A stretch of DNA of 64,000 bases. Origin: Scyliorhinus canicula (Eukaryota). A program made the translations under genes and the position numbers. The stretch spans positions 2,252,892 through 2,316,891 of the forward strand of contig NC_052161.1 in NCBI RefSeq assembly GCF_902713615.1, given 5' to 3'. The notes under the pieces are model-generated. The model was not told where the DNA came from, did not search any database, and saw only the letters and a list, made by a program, of their open reading frames with translations. Every line of letters starts with the position of its first letter. Position 1 is the stretch's first letter. Of the stretch, positions 24,377 through 38,527 are shown piece by piece.

Positions 24377-24820
24377 CTGAGTGAGAGAGTGCAGAAGCGT
24401 TAAACACAGGCAGATTTCCAGGCTGCAAAGTCAAGTCTGTCTTGGTCAAAATCTTCCTCGTTTGTCGAGGGTTCCACTGCTGCGAGTGCACTAAACTCAG
24501 CGTTGATCCTCTGGGTCCAAATCAATTCGAACTGTTTTCTCTTTTCTACTCTCTCAGGATGTCAAATCCATGAAATTCCTCAGCTCTCCACTACAATTTA
24601 CAGGCTTCAAAATCCTCTCTCCCCAATTAATCTCTCCTCTCTCGCACCTTTCATCCATGGATGTACTCTACCCTCCCCTCACGAGTAGAACTGACTCGAT
24701 GGAGAGTGTGTGTGTGTGTGGGATACAGCAGATCTGCAGCACAGCGGAGTTAGTCAGGAGGTGCAGGCTTTGCTATGCCAGAGTCTAGGAATATGGCAGC
24801 GAGTGATATTACAGCTTCCC

Positions 24821-25190
24821 ATAAGACCATAAGACATAGGAGTGGAAGTAAGCCATTCGGCCCATCGAGTCCACTCCGCCATTCAATCATGGCTGATGGG
24901 CATTTCAACTCCACCTACCAGCATTCTCCCCGTAGCCCTTAATTCCTCGCGACATCAAGAATTTATCTATCTCTGCCTTGAAGCCATTTAGTGTCCCGGC
25001 CTCCACTGCACTCCGCGGCAATGAATTCCACAGGCCCACCACTCTCTGGCTGAAGAAATGTCTCCGCATTTCTGTTCTGAATTTACCCCCTCTAATTCTA
25101 AGGCTGTGCCCACGGGTCCTCGTCTCCTCGCCTAATGGAAACAGTTTCTTTGCGTCCACCCTTTCTAAGCCATGTATTATCTTGTAAGTT
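24821..25190 (-). mobile_element. CR1 3' end
   Basis: TRGHSL..R.FFSQRVV.LWNSLP motif plus short-repeat tail. Confidence 0.8.
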
Positions 25191-25539
25191 CCCGTCTGAG
25201 GTGCATGCACAGTTTCCTGCACGGTGATGTGAAAGATCCCATACCACGATTCTGAGTGCTCCAACCCATGGCACTGCCAATACCAATCCCCCAACCATCA
25301 CTAAATAAAGCTAATCTATGATCAAGTTACTGCTATCAGTGAGAGCCTGTTGTGTGAATGTTTCAAACACACCAATAATTATTACAATTCAGAACACTTC
25401 AGGGGGTGCGAAGCACTTGGGGATGTCCCAGGGTCATGACAGGAGCTACGGAAATGAAAGTTCTTTCTGACCAGTGCCTGGTCTGTTCATTTTGTTCGAA
25501 ACAAAGACGTTTACTGGTTTCCAAGTAGCTGCTTCTTAC

Positions 25540-25669
25540 CTGTCAGGACTGAAGCTTGTCCCATACACTGGGCCACCATGTCCCAGTAACATTTTAAACT
25601 CACACGCAGTTTTCTCATCCATTATCCGCTCCAGCACATCTTCCGACTCCTTGTCGATTAAACTGAGAT
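25540..25669 (-). CDS. TAF5: TAF5 exon 6 (DLSLIDKESEDVLERIMDEK...FSPD)
   Basis: 130 nt, phase 1-2. Confidence 0.93.
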
Positions 25670-26479
25670 CTAACGGAGAAAGACAAACCAGTTAGCGAGA
25701 CTGCTCATACTGGGACTGAGAGCAACACACTTCCCGTAGCACAGCCAATCTCAGAAAAGGCTAGAAATTTTATGTATGTGTATCTTGATGTATAAAAATC
25801 AAATCGTAGAGTAAATGCCCTGAGAGATGGAAATCTCCTTGACTGCCCTGAGCTACAACAAACTGGTCTTGTGTGTAGAAGTGTACAGGGCTGTATGATG
25901 AATTCACTGCTGTGCTCCGAAAGCTAGGTGATTTGAAACAATCCTGTTGGACTTTAACCTGGTGTTGTAAGACTTCTTACTGTTTTCAGGAAGAGTTCCA
26001 GAGACTCTCAAAACTCTGAGAGAAAACATTTCTCCTCAGCTCTGTCTGAAATGGGTGACTACTTACTTTTAAACAGTGACCCCCCAGTTCTAGATTCTTC
26101 AACAAGAGGAAACATCCTCTCCACATTCGCCCTGTCAACACCCGTCAGGATCTTAAAGGCTTTAAGTCACCTCTTACTCTTCTAAATTCCAACAGATACA
26201 AATCAAACCTTTCCTCATGTGACAACCAGCCCATTCCTGATATTAGTCTAATGAACCTTCTTTGAACTGCTTCTAATGTATAACAATAATTGCTTATTGT
26301 CACACGTAGGCTTCAATGAAGTTACTGTGAAGTTACTGTGGCCCCTAGTCGCCACATTCCGGTGCCTGTTCGGGGAGGCCGGTACAGAAATTGAACCGTG
26401 CTGCTGCCTTGATCTGCATTTCAAGCCAGCAATTTAGCCCAGTGTGCTAAACCAGCCTTTATTTACATATTTCCTTAAA

Positions 26480-26970
26480 CACAACCACAACTTATGGATC
26501 AGGTCTAAGCTCTGCAGTCCTGCAACATCCAGCTATGAATGGCGGTGGACAATTAAACAACTCACTGGAGGAGGAGGCTCCACAAATATCCCCATCCTCA
26601 ATGACGGAGGAGCCCAGCAGCATCAGTGCAAAGGACAAGGCTGAAGCATTCGCAACAATCTTCAGCCAGAAGTGTCGAGTGGGTGATCCATCTCAGTCTC
26701 CTCCGGAGGTCCCCAGCATCACAGATGTCAGTCTTCAGCCAATACGATTCACTCCCCGTGATATCAAGAAATGGCTGAAGGCACTGGATAATGCAAAGGC
26801 TATGGGCCCTGACAATATCCCGACAATAGTACTGAAGACTTGTGGCCCAGAACATGGCGCACCCCTAGCCAAGCTGTTCCAGTACATCTACCCGGCAATG
26901 TGGAAAATTGCTTAGGTGTGTACTGTACACAAGAAACGGAAAAACCCAATCTGGCCAATTACCGCCCTAT
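26480..26970 (+). mobile_element. Non-LTR (CR1/L2-group) RT fragment; a possibly related piece at about 48350-48740
   Basis: KAMGPDNIP..VLK motif; IYKAQVRSVMEYS in the second piece. Confidence 0.65.
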
Positions 26971-27034
26971 TAGGCAGGAACATAGTGGCGGTGATGGACA
27001 CCTGAGGGGCAGCCTGGTTGCCGGCTATTTTTAC

Positions 27035-27155
27035 CTGTAGCCCCTTTGACGCTGCGCAGTTTCTTTGGTGTGACACTCCACACTCTGACAGTGGAATCAG
27101 CAAATCCTCCTGCTATCAGACTAGAATCATCGGTGAAGTCAACCGCAGTGAGACC
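27035..27155 (-). CDS. TAF5: TAF5 exon 5 (GLTAVDFTDDSSLIAGGFADSTVRVW...)
   Basis: 121 nt, phase 0-1. Confidence 0.95.
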
Positions 27156-28720
27156 CTGCAGCGGGGGGGAAAAGGCGGAAATCACAGATCAGAAAGCAAA
27201 CAGAACAAGATGGCCATTTCTGAAGAATTAGTCATTAAAAACATCAAATTTACATACAGTAGTCCTACAATCATAAAATGATTGAAGCCCATTGTGTCTG
27301 TGCGACTCTGCAAAAGCAATTTACCCGGTGCCAATCCCCTCCTACTGTAACTAAACCAATCTCTTGTACAAATTCAACAACTCTGTTTACAGATCTAAAT
27401 CCCAGTTAACTTCTGGATGACCTTGTCTAGCTGTACTCTCACCTTTAACAATCTGTATACCTGTAAGTCCAACATCTCCCTGTTTCTTCACTGCATCATG
27501 ACCCCATTATCCTGCTGTTCATTTTCCCATATTTCATTGACCATCTATCTGCTAAATTAGTGCCTCCATTTGATTTAATAAGGTAGAGCAGACTACTGAT
27601 CCCCACCGTGACCTCCTCACAAGATAAAAATCACTGGCTAGTTACAAGTGTGCCAACAATGACAATATTTTCCCTCCTTGAACCAATTTAACTAGGAAAC
27701 TACCTGCTCACATATATCTCCAGCCCTGGAATATCCTGACCATTTGAGCACTGGGAGTACAGGGCCCGGTGAGAGATAGAGTTCTCAGCCATCAGGGCAG
27801 CGGTCAGTCCACTGAGGTTGATTTTGCAGGAGTTTGACTGGAATGTTTGTGGATCTAGCTTAAAGAGGGCCATGAGTGTTTGTTCAGCAGCCCTCCCATT
27901 GAACCCTGAGGATACGGTGGAGGTATTGTTAATGGAATTTCTCTCGTGCTCTTATGGACTGGTCAGGTGAGCAGGGAAGTGGCAAATTCAATCCAGAGAA
28001 GTGTGAGGTGATGAATTTCAGGAGGTCGGACAAGGCAAAGGAATACACAATAAATGGGAGGATACTGAGAGGTGTAGAGGAAGTGAGGGACATTGGAGTG
28101 AATGGCCACAGATCCCTGACGGAACTCACTGCCTGAAAGGGTATTATAGAGGCAGAAACCCTCATTGGGAAGGCGGCAGCAGATACACACCCAAGTTGAA
28201 AGTTTCCAATCTGAATGGGTATCGAGATTGCATGTCCGATAATGGTGTTCACTCTTCATCTTTCATTTACTGAGCAGGAATATAATTTATCACATCTGGA
28301 TTTCCATTTGGCCACATGGAGCTCAGAACAACCTAATGGGCAACAAACCCCGTGGACAACAATGACCATGAAAGCATTTGACTCTGTCTCCAGTCAACTC
28401 CGTCGCTTGAACTGTTCTGGAAACCATTCTTCCCTGTGCACTATTCTCTCCCTCACCGAGCCTCGAACCAACACTCTCATTAGCACCAGGTGACCCAGAG
28501 TTCGGAAGTTCCCTGGCACAGCCTGGAATAGGAAACAGAGTGGCACATCCAACAACTTTCCAATGACAGATGGGTAAGCAGGGTAGAGGTGCTTCAGCGG
28601 ACGAGAGCAGTTTCTCACACCAAGAGGACTATCTATATTGGCTGCAGCACGAGTGGGTCCTTGTAGGAAGATGGCAACCTTTAAAGGCTGCACTATGTGT
28701 CCATGCGGTAAATCACTCAC

Positions 28721-28856
28721 CTGATAGGCATTGAGGAAGGTGTAGAAACAGATGGAGGGAAGGCAATCAGGCCCAAGCTTCACCCGCTTTGTGGCTTCTT
28801 TCATTATCATTATCTTGTCCACTTTGTCAGAATCTTTCAGCTCAGGAAGTGGAATT
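28721..28856 (-). CDS. TAF5: TAF5 exon 4 (IPLPELKDSDK...LPSICFYTFLNAYQ)
   Basis: 136 nt, phase 2-0. Confidence 0.95.
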
Positions 28857-29058
28857 CTGAAGGAAGGAAAGAAAGAAAGATTTTAAAGAACAATCCTTCT
28901 CAATCCAACAGTGTTGAATTAGAAAGTCAGATTGACAAGGTGGATCTTTGGGTGATCGGGTCCATGCTGACTGTGTGTGCAGCAGTCCCCTCAGCACCAA
29001 ACTCCCGCTCCATCCCTGCAGACTGAAAGTGTTACTTCCCTCAAGTGGACAATCAAAG

Positions 29059-29285
29059 GGCAGCACGATGGCGCAGTGGGTTAGCCCTGCAGCCTCACGG
29101 CGCCGAGGTCCCAGGTTCGATCCCGGCTCTGGGTCACTGTCCATGTGGACTTTGCACATTCTGCCCGTGTTTGCGTAGGTTTCGCCCCCACAAGTCAAAG
29201 ATGTGCAGGCTAGGTGGATTGGACACACTAAATTGCCCCTTAATTGGATAAAATGAATTTGGTACTCTAAATTTAAAATAAAAAG
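29059..29285 (+). mobile_element. V-SINE, short-tail type, with TSD-like flanks
   Basis: aagtggacaatcaaa on both sides. Confidence 0.85.
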
Positions 29286-29429
29286 TGGACAATCAAAAAC
29301 TTTTTAAAATTGTTATTTGTTGCCACTACCACCATTCTTGAAGGAAGTGGGTTTGCACCAGAGTGCACGGCAGTGCCTAACTTGGCATCTGGAAAGGGAC
29401 ACTGGATAACTAAAGGGTCCAGCGCCCTA

Positions 29430-30537
29430 GCCCGTGCTGTACCTGCCCTGGGAGTGTCTGATGGGGACAGTGTAGAGGGAGCTTTACTCTGTATCTAACC
29501 CCGTGCTGTACCTGTCCTGGGAGTGTTTGATGGGGACAGTGTAGAGGGAGCTTTACTCTGTATCTAACCCCGTGCTGTACCTGTCCTGGGAGTGTCTGAT
29601 GGGGACAGTGTAGAGGGAGCTTTACTCTGTATCTAACCCCGTGCTGTACCTGTCCTGGGAGTGTTTGATGGGGACAGTGTAGAGGGAGCTTTACTCTGTA
29701 TCTAACCCCGTGCTGTACCTGTCCTGGGAGTGTTTGATGGGGACAGTGTAGAGGGAGCTTTACTCTGTATCTAACCCCGTGCTGTACCTGTCCTGGGAGT
29801 GTTTGATGTGGACTGTGTAGTGGGAGCTTTACTCTGTATCTAATCCCGTGCTGTACCTGCCCTGGGAGTGTTTGATGGGGACAGTGTAGAGGGAGCTTTA
29901 CTCTGTATCTAACCCCGTGCTGTACCTGTCCTGGGAGTGTTTGATGTGGACTGTGTAGTGGGAGCTTTACTCTGTATCTAACCCCGTGCTGTACCTGTCC
30001 TGGGAGTGTTTGATGGGGACAGTGCAGAGGGAGCTTTACTCTGTATCTAACCCCGTGCTGTACCTGTCCTGGGAGTGTTTGATGAGGACAGTGTAGAGGG
30101 AGCTTTACTCTGTATCTAACCCCGTGCTGTACCTGTCCTGGGAGTGTTTGATGGGGACAGTGTAGAGGGAGCTTTACTCTGTATCTAACCCCGTGCTGTA
30201 CCTGTCCTTGGAGTGTTTGATGGGGACAGTGTTGAGGGAGCTTTACTCTGTATCTAACTCCGTGCTGTACCTGTCCTGGGAGTGTTTGATGGGGACAGTG
30301 TAGAGGGAGCTTTACTCTGTATCTAACCCCGTGCTGTACCTGTCCTGGGAGTGTTTGATGCAGACAGTGTAGGGGGAGCTTTACTCTGTATCTAACCCCG
30401 TGCTGTACCTGTCCTGGGAGTGTTTGAAGGGGACAGTGTAGAGGGAGTTTTACTCTGTATCTAACCCCGTGCTGTACCTGTCCTGGGAGTGTTTGATGGG
30501 GACAGTGTGGAGGAAGCTTTACTCTGTCTCTAACCCT
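29430..30537 (+). repeat. 69-bp satellite array 3 (about 16 units)
   Basis: same unit. Confidence 0.97.
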
Positions 30538-31454
30538 GGACCATTTCTGGATGTTATAATAAAAATGCTCACAACTTGGTTCACAATTTCAAACATTTGA
30601 AACATTTATCACAAAATACCCCCTGATTAAATAAAGAATAAATAACGTGGAAGAAGTAAAATCCAGTATTCTGTTGTGTGACAAGACACCCCTTGGTTAG
30701 TCAAATGATGTCAGCGTTAAGAACAAGAGTAAAGGACATAATGAAGTCAGAGCTAAAATATTGACCGCTGCAATCATTTCCTGGAGCAATAATCCAAGCA
30801 TCACCAATAAAAGAGAATGACACAGCGTGCTTGAGGGGCTGATTGGCCGAGTTTGTGCTGGTTTGCTCCTACAGACAACTGGCACACACACCATGGTCGA
30901 ATGGTCTCCTTCTGTGCTAAAGCAGTTCTGTGACACGAGGACAGTTTGTTTAAGAGTCTAATATTGAGCTCACATGACTGAGGTGATTCGATTGAAGTGT
31001 TTAAACTGGTGGAAACAGAGAAACTAACTCTTCTGCTGGGGAATCCAGAACAAAGGGACAAAATTTTAAATCTGGAGTCAGGCTGTTCAGGGGATGAAAT
31101 CAGGAAACCCGTTTTCCATACAGTGGGAATGTGAAACTGTGCGTGTGGATGCTGGTGCTCAACAGAAGCTTTCAAAACAGTGAGGTGATTATTTACGAAG
31201 GTTATCAACGGCTATGGAGCAAAGACGGGTGAATGGAGTTGATCTAACTGAATGGTCAAACAGACAGAAGGGCTGAACAGATTCCTCCTGGTGAGAAATA
31301 TTTTCTAATTGCCTCTCGCAGGAGAACAACAAATCACAGAGCAGAGCTGAGCTGCTAAATGTAGATATGATCCAACAGCTGAACAGGGTTGCAGGGAGTC
31401 AGATTGCTGAGTGAAGCTGTATGGATATGGCTGTGATAATGCTGTCCTACTCAC

Positions 31455-31618
31455 CTGTTTTGTGGTGGAGCGTTTGGGTCCTGCTTCTTGCTCTTCGCCC
31501 CCAGGCTGTCCTTCTTTGGCTTTTTCTTCTTTGGTTTCCCCTCCTCGTTCTCTCCTTCCTCATCCTCATCGTCAAGAGGCAACTCGATCTCCGGCTCCTT
31601 CAACAGCCCAAAGAACAC
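31455..31618 (-). CDS. TAF5: TAF5 exon 3 (VFFGLLKEPE...KQDPNAPPQN)
   Basis: 164 nt, phase 0-2. Confidence 0.95.
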
Positions 31619-32211
31619 CTGCCAAGATTTCACCAAGTTAACTGGGCCCAGGATCAGATTTGACCAACCCAGAAAACACACCCAAATGACACCTCCTGAC
31701 TCAGGGCATTCCCATTCAGAAACTCAACATTTCACAGCACAACCTGGTACGTTTCACCTCCTTTCTCTCCTCTCCAATGTGTCAGCTCCAATCTGGGCTA
31801 CAGATCTTCCACCACTTTATTCGTGAGCGAGATGGCGGGCTATCCAACTAGAGGAAGCCTCAAATCAACTCTGAACTACCTCACCAGATCGATCGTACTC
31901 TCACTCAGGAGCAAACACACTATCCTGCAGAATTCACGGATTGGGACTCTAATTATTACTCCAACTGTATCACCAAAACACTGGCAACACCCTGACTGAG
32001 ATCTATACAGACTGGGAATCAAGCCTGGATCCTTTCCCGATCTGTAATGGCTCGTTCATTATTTGTCTGACGAAGAGTCAAAGAAACATTAACTCTGTTT
32101 CTCTCCTAATTGATATTGCCAGACCGGCTCAGCTTTCCCAGCATCCTCTGTTCGTGTTTGTTACTTTTCACTGTAACGGATACACAGAGAGCAGTGTGGA
32201 GTTGTAACAGA

Positions 32212-32985
32212 TATAAACAAAGACAAGTACAGCACAGGAACAGGCCCTTCGGCCCTCCAAGCCCGCGCCGACCATGCTGCCCGTCTAAACAAAAATCTTC
32301 TACACTTCCGGGGTCCCTATCCCTCTATTCCCATCCTAGTCATGTATTTGTCAAGATGCCCCTTAAACGTCACTATCGTCCCTGCTTCCACCACCTCCTC
32401 CGGCAGGGAGTTCCAGGCACCCACTACCCTCTGTGTAAAAAACTTGCCTCGTACATCTCCTCTAAACCTTGCCCCTCGCACCTTAAACCTATGCCCCGTA
32501 GTAATTGACCCCTCTACCCTGGGAAAAAGTGTCTATGCCCCTCATAATTTTGTAAACCTCTATCAGGTCGCCCCTCAACCTCCGTCGTTCCAGTGAGAAC
32601 AAACCGAGTTTATTCAACCTCTCCTCATAGCTAATGCCCTCCATACCAGGCAACATCCTGGTAAATCTCTTCTGCATCCTCTCCAAAGCCTCCACATGCT
32701 TCTGGTAATGTGGCCACCAGAATTGAACACTATACTCCACGTGTGGCCTAACTAAGGTTCTATACAGCTGCAACATGACTTGCCAATTTTTATACTCAAT
32801 GCCCCGGCCAATGAAGGCAAGCATGCCGTATGCCTTCTTGACTACCTTCTCCACCTGTGTTGTCCCTTTCAGTGACCTGTGGACCTGTACTTCTAGATCT
32901 CTCTGATTTTCAATACACTTGAGGGTTCTACCATTCACTGTATATTCCCGACCTGCATTAGACCTTCCAAAATACATTACCTCAC
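32212..32985 (-). mobile_element. 5'-truncated CR1, inserted at the edge of the 31-bp minisatellite
   Basis: LYRTLVRPH.EY..QFW.PH motif; one satellite unit lies left of it at about 32170-32210. Confidence 0.85.
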
Positions 32986-32989
32986 AAAA

Positions 32990-33780
32990 CACAGACAATA
33001 GTGTGGCATTGTAATGGATACACAGACCATCAGTGTGGAGTTTTAACGGATACAGACAGCAGTGTGGAATTGTAATGAATACACAGACAGTAGTGTGGAG
33101 TTGTAATGGATACTCAGACAGCAGTGTGGAGTTGTAATGGATACTCAGACAGCAGTGTGCAGTTGTAATGGATACTCAGACAGCAGTGTGCAGTTGTAAT
33201 GGATACACAGTGGGGTTGTAATGCATACTCAGACAGCAGTGTGCAGTTGTAATGGATACACAGTGGGGTTGTAATGCATACTCAGACAGCAGTGTGGGGT
33301 TGTAATGGATACACAGTGGGGTTGTAATGGATACTCAGACAGCAGTATGGAGTTGTAATGGATACTCAGACAGCAGTGTGTGGTTGTAATGGATACACAG
33401 ACAGCAGTGTGGAGTTGTAATGGATACTCAGACAGCAGTGTGGAGTTGTAATGGATACTCAGACAGCAGTGTGGGGTTGTAATGGATACACAGTGGGGTT
33501 GTAATGGATACTCAGACAGCAGTGTGGGGTTGTAATGGATACTCAGACAGCAGTGTGGAGTTGTAATGGATACACAGACAGCAGTGTGGAGTTGTAATGG
33601 ATACACAGACAGCAGTGTGGAGTTGTAATGGATACTCAGACAGCAGTGTGGAGTTGTAATGGATACTCAGACAGCAGTGTGGGGTTGTAATGGATACTCA
33701 GACAGCAGTGTGGAGTTGTAATGGATACACAGACAGCAGTGTGGAGTTGTAATGGATACACAGACAGCAGTGTGGAGTTG
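32990..33780. repeat. 31-bp minisatellite (with 22-bp variants)
   Basis: atggatactcagacagcagtgtggagttgta. Confidence 0.95.
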
Positions 33781-34337
33781 AGTTTTCACTTTGGGTGCAG
33801 TAGACAACCAGTTGCAGATTGCACTTATTTTGAGAAGTGTGATGAATGTGAGGAATTGCTATTTAAGTTGTATTGTATGTATGTGTGGCTGAATTTTTTT
33901 TAAAAGACAGACTCTGGAAGACTTTGTGACTGCTAAAGGTGCAATTAAAATATCTTAACAGTGAGATCATCTAATTTCAAGCCATGTATGTTTACAAAGA
34001 GGGGCCGAATGGGAGTTTGTTATGACTTCTGGGGAGTAAATAATTAGTGAAACTATTAGAGAGACAGTGTTTAAACGTAAGTAATTAGGTCATGGAACTG
34101 GAGTGGGATAAAGATGATGTAGTAATGGGAGATGCCAGGGCTGGTGCAGGCAGTCAGTTCTGAGTGAGTTTAGTTTTGGCTGTGACATGAACATCAGCTT
34201 CTGCAGAAGGCTGTCAGAGATTCAGCATTAACCCAACAGGATCTCTCTCTTCAAACAGTCTATCAAAAGATTTCTCTATCCAAAGGTTTATGAGTAATCC
34301 CATGTTTGCTAACTGGAGTTAAAAGTGGGTTTTGACA

Positions 34338-34620
34338 TAATAATCTTTATTATTGTCACAAGTAGGCTTACATTAACACTGCAATGAAGTTACTGTGAAA
34401 ATTCCCGAGTCGCCACATTCCGGCACATGGAAGGAGAATTCAGAATGTCCAAATTACCTAACAGCACGTCTTTCGGGACTTGTGGGAGGAAACCGGAGCA
34501 CCCAGAGGAAACCCACGCAGACACGGGGAGAGCGTGCAGACTCCGCACAGACAGTGACCCAAGCAGGAATCGAACCTGGGTCCCTGGAGCTGTGAAGCAA
34601 CAGTGCTAACCACTGTACTG
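34338..34620 (-). mobile_element. V-SINE
   Basis: head/core/TTA tail. Confidence 0.8.
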
Positions 34621-35099
34621 GCATGCCAGATGGGTTTGGCTTGATTGAAGATAAAGAAGGTATCAGTTAAAAGTTAAAAGTGTTTCTTTTGATAAGCATT
34701 GTTAACTGGTTATTGCAAGCTATTTTTCTGTGATGTTGAGGTAGTTTAATATTGTGTTCATAATAAAGTTTGTTTTAAAAAGCATATCCCTAATTGTGTG
34801 GAATCACTTCTGGAGCAAAGTATCCTTTCCTCAGTTTTACAAATGAAAAAGAGAGTGATTGGGATTCCTATCTGGTGTCCTGGCCAATGTTGGGGTCTGG
34901 TCCGGGATCATAGTAGAAGTAGGTATTTCTCCAGAGTTTCCACTCGAGTGTATGAAAATTGCTGAATGTAGAACCGACAATGAACCTGAATTATTGTATT
35001 TTATAAAGAAAAATCTTTAAAAGATTGAGAAACATTTATGATATTTTTATAAGTGGTAACTTGGGTCTAGTTTAACATTGTTGGAAAAGGGCTCATCAG

Positions 35100-36130
35100 A
35101 AGAAAGCATTTTAAATTTTTCTCTTCTTCGGTGATCACTCAGAAACGAGTATGATTATCCACCTAGGAAACTCCGTGTTTCTGGTCAAGGTTCTGTGAGT
35201 TCTTGTGTGGCTGATGATCCCGATCCTAGAGCCTCATCTTTGATCTCACACTTGGCAGGTGTTTCTGGGAGGTGGACTCAGGATCACTGGTATTCCTTTC
35301 TCAGGCTCCTTTTCCAGGCCTCCTCTTGCTGACGGGTATCCTCAAAAGAATTGTGTCCCTTCAATAGGAGGTTCCTCCAAGTCGGTCCTGAGCAAGGGCC
35401 GCCCAGGCATCGACATCTATGTTGCATTTCTTGAGGTAAGTCTTCAGGGTGTCTGTGAAGCTCTCCCTTTGTCATCCGCTTGTTCTAAGCCTTTCTTGAG
35501 CTGGGCAAAGAGATTCCCTTTGCCAGTCGGGACTGTAACATCCTAAGCACATAGCCGGCCCAGGAGAGTTAGTTTCTGATGATCGTGGCCTTGATGCTGG
35601 TGTTCTTGGCTCCTTCAAGGTCACTGATGTTAGTGCGCCTGTTCTCCCAGCTGATGCGGAGAATCCATCGCAGGCAGCGCTGATGGTACCTCTCCAAGTC
35701 CTTGAAGTGTCGTCTGTGCATAGTCCAAGATTCTGAGCCAGAGAGAAGATTGGCAGAATGACTGGGAGGATGACTGCTTTGTACACGAGGATCATGGTAT
35801 CAGCACCAATGTCACCATTGTCAAAGTTTCTTGTACTCAGGCATCCAGAGGAGGCGTCACGGATTGGATACTATGTTGATTATCCCATTGTCTGCCCTAC
35901 AGTAGAAGTGGCTCCCCAGGTATGGGAATGTTCTATGTTTGGGAGAATTTCTTCACTGATCTTGATGGAGGGAAGAGACTGGCATCTTACCCTGGGTGGG
36001 ATGGTAAAGGACTCAAGTCTTGTTGAGGTTGAGAACGATTCTTTGGCATGCTTCCATGAAAGTGTCAAACATAGCTTGGGAGAGGGTGGAAACGGCATGG
36101 TCATCCGATTACTTCCACGAGCGATGTCAA
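35100..36130 (-). mobile_element. Decayed RTE-like LINE fragment
   Basis: broken frames with LVYKAVIL and other post-RT-like segments; clade assignment tentative. Confidence 0.5.
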
Positions 36131-36255
36131 TGTCGTTTTCTTCACGGCAAGGTAGCAATCCAAGGAAAGGCAGTTTTAATTATAATGTCAACCACCACTA
36201 ATGAGTAACCTGATTTTAAATGACTGAACATGATTTTTCTATATAGCACCATTTT

Positions 36256-36566
36256 TAATAATAATAATCTTTATTAGTGTCGCAAGTAGGCTTACATTAA
36301 CACTGCAATGAAGTTACTGTGAAAAGCCCCTAGTCGCCACATTCCGGTGCCTGTGCGGGTACACCGAGGGAGAATTCGGAATGTCCAATTCACCTAACAG
36401 CACGTCGTTTGGGACTTATGTGAGGAAACCGGAGCACCCGGAGGAAACCCACGCAGACACGGGGAGAACGTGCAGACTCCGCAGACAGTGACCCAAGCCG
36501 CGAATCGAACCTGGGACCCTGGTGCTGTGAAGCAACAGTGCTAACCATTGTGCTACAGTGCCGCCC
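36256..36566 (-). mobile_element. V-SINE
   Basis: head/core/TTA tail. Confidence 0.85.
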
Positions 36567-37345
36567 TAGTGCAAAAGATTGTAGCAACTGGACTTGTGCT
36601 CAACCAAATTTGTGTTTAAAATTCTGCAATCTTTTTGGTGGTTACATTGATTGCAGGTGCTCTGTATTGCAGGGTGAGGGCAGGACAACGCAGAGGTCTG
36701 ATCAGCTGGATATCACTCAGTCTCTGTGTGAAATAGAAATTGTATATCGTGCTGACAGCATTTCACTGCATCTTCAACACTTCCTGAGTACAGACCAAGG
36801 TTGTGCAATAAAGATGAAACTAAATCAGCCAGGTTACTCCTGCACCTCCTAACAGTGACATCTGGCAAGCATTGCAGCACAACTCCCGTCTATCCCTCCT
36901 GGCCCCCAGGACCCCTGATGGTCAACAACCGCAGTGGAGAGCTACACTTCTACACCGGCAATCCATGTAAGTCTCCCCCATGACAAGAGAGTCAAATCTC
37001 AGGGAGGATAGTCACTGCTGGCCACAAAACATTACCCAGCAATCCAATAGGAAAGCTCGAGACATAGCTGATCTCAGCTGGGACCCGCGCACGGCTGAAA
37101 AGGCTCATGTACAATGATGACCCTCTGCAAATATATCTCGGATAGGAGAAGGCATTCAACTACGTAATCTGCTGGGCTCCACAGAGAATGAGGTCTGGGA
37201 TCCCAGGGTAGCCGATTCAAGAGAAAATGGGGTCTGGGATCACTGATTCAGTAGAGTATGGAGATTTTGGGGGTCCTGATTCTGTAGAATATGGGGTCTA
37301 GGGGCCCTGGGGTAGTTAATTCAGTAGAAAATGACTGTTCCATAC

Positions 37346-37661
37346 CTTTGTTTTATTTGCTTCCCTCTTAGCTTCTCCGGCCATTCCACCAGACGTGACC
37401 TCGATCTGCTGCTTGCTCCTGGGCATTCCATCAAACACGTCGATGAATAGGTGCTCCTGTACAATGTTCCAAATCTGGTTGTTGTGTCTCTCCTGTAGGT
37501 GACGCTTCAGGCACTGGTAGGAGTCCCGTGAAATACGCAGCACAAACTTACTGGTCCGAAAATCCAGCACGGTTTCATTACCCTGCATGTGTTCCTTCTT
37601 CGACAGCCCAGCTAGTACTCGCAGGTCATCATGGTAATAACCTTCCTGATCGCCGTGATAC
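37346..37661 (-). CDS. TAF5: TAF5 exon 2 (NTD2; YHGDQEGYY...EAKREANKTK)
   Basis: 316 nt, phase 2-0. Confidence 0.95.
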
Positions 37662-38527
37662 CTGTAAGCAACCAGGAAACAGGTTCAGACTGTGACAAGG
37701 TGCAGCTGGACATGGGGCAATGTAACCTCTCCCAAACACTCCTGAACCATGGTTATTCAGTAAATCTCTACCAGAGAAAGTCAGCCATATTCCCAAAGGA
37801 CACCCTCCCCACAAGGTCAGCTAATTCCCCAACATAGATGCAAATATAGTGTGCCAGCACCGGACTCCGTTTCCAGGAGCCAGCATTTACAAAAAGTAAT
37901 ACCTTCAGCAACTGCAGCCCCAAAATGTGTGTGCGCAAGGGGGGGGTCTATCCCAATCAAAACTGCTAATGGTAGAAGAATGCTGCGGTTGTGAGAAAAA
38001 GATGTTCATGGTTCGGGGAGGGGGGGGTGGTGCAGACACAACCCTGAGATGTTGGCCAAGAGGAAACCCATCTTCAAGAAAAGGGGAAATCCAGATAGGA
38101 CAGAGAGAGTGAGCGCATAATAGGATGCAGATAGGAAGTGAAAAGAAAGGAAGAAAGTTCCCGTTGACCTGGAAGGAGGTGAAGCAAACATTGGACAGAA
38201 ACTCCATTGTAGGAGGCATAGGAACAGGAGGCCTTTCAGCCCTCGAGCCTGTTCCGCCATCATGGTGGATGTGACCTAACTCCATGTCCCTGTATTTGAC
38301 CCTAATACCTTACTATAACAAGGCTCTATTAATCTCATATAAAATTAACAATTAATCTAAGCTAGCATCAATTGCTGTTTGTGGAAATAAAGTTTCCATT
38401 CCACCCCACGTTCACGTGCTTCCTGATTCCACTCCTGAAAGGTCTGGCTTGATTTTATTTAGACTCTGCCCCCTTCCTGGTGCTGGATTCTGCAATCAGG
38501 CAAAATAGTTTCTATCTACCCTCTTTT

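Noticed and set aside
34740-34920. Possible solo-LTR end sharing about 30 bp with 60980-61011 (inverted)
   Set aside because: No clear TG...CA limits or TSD; too little evidence to call.
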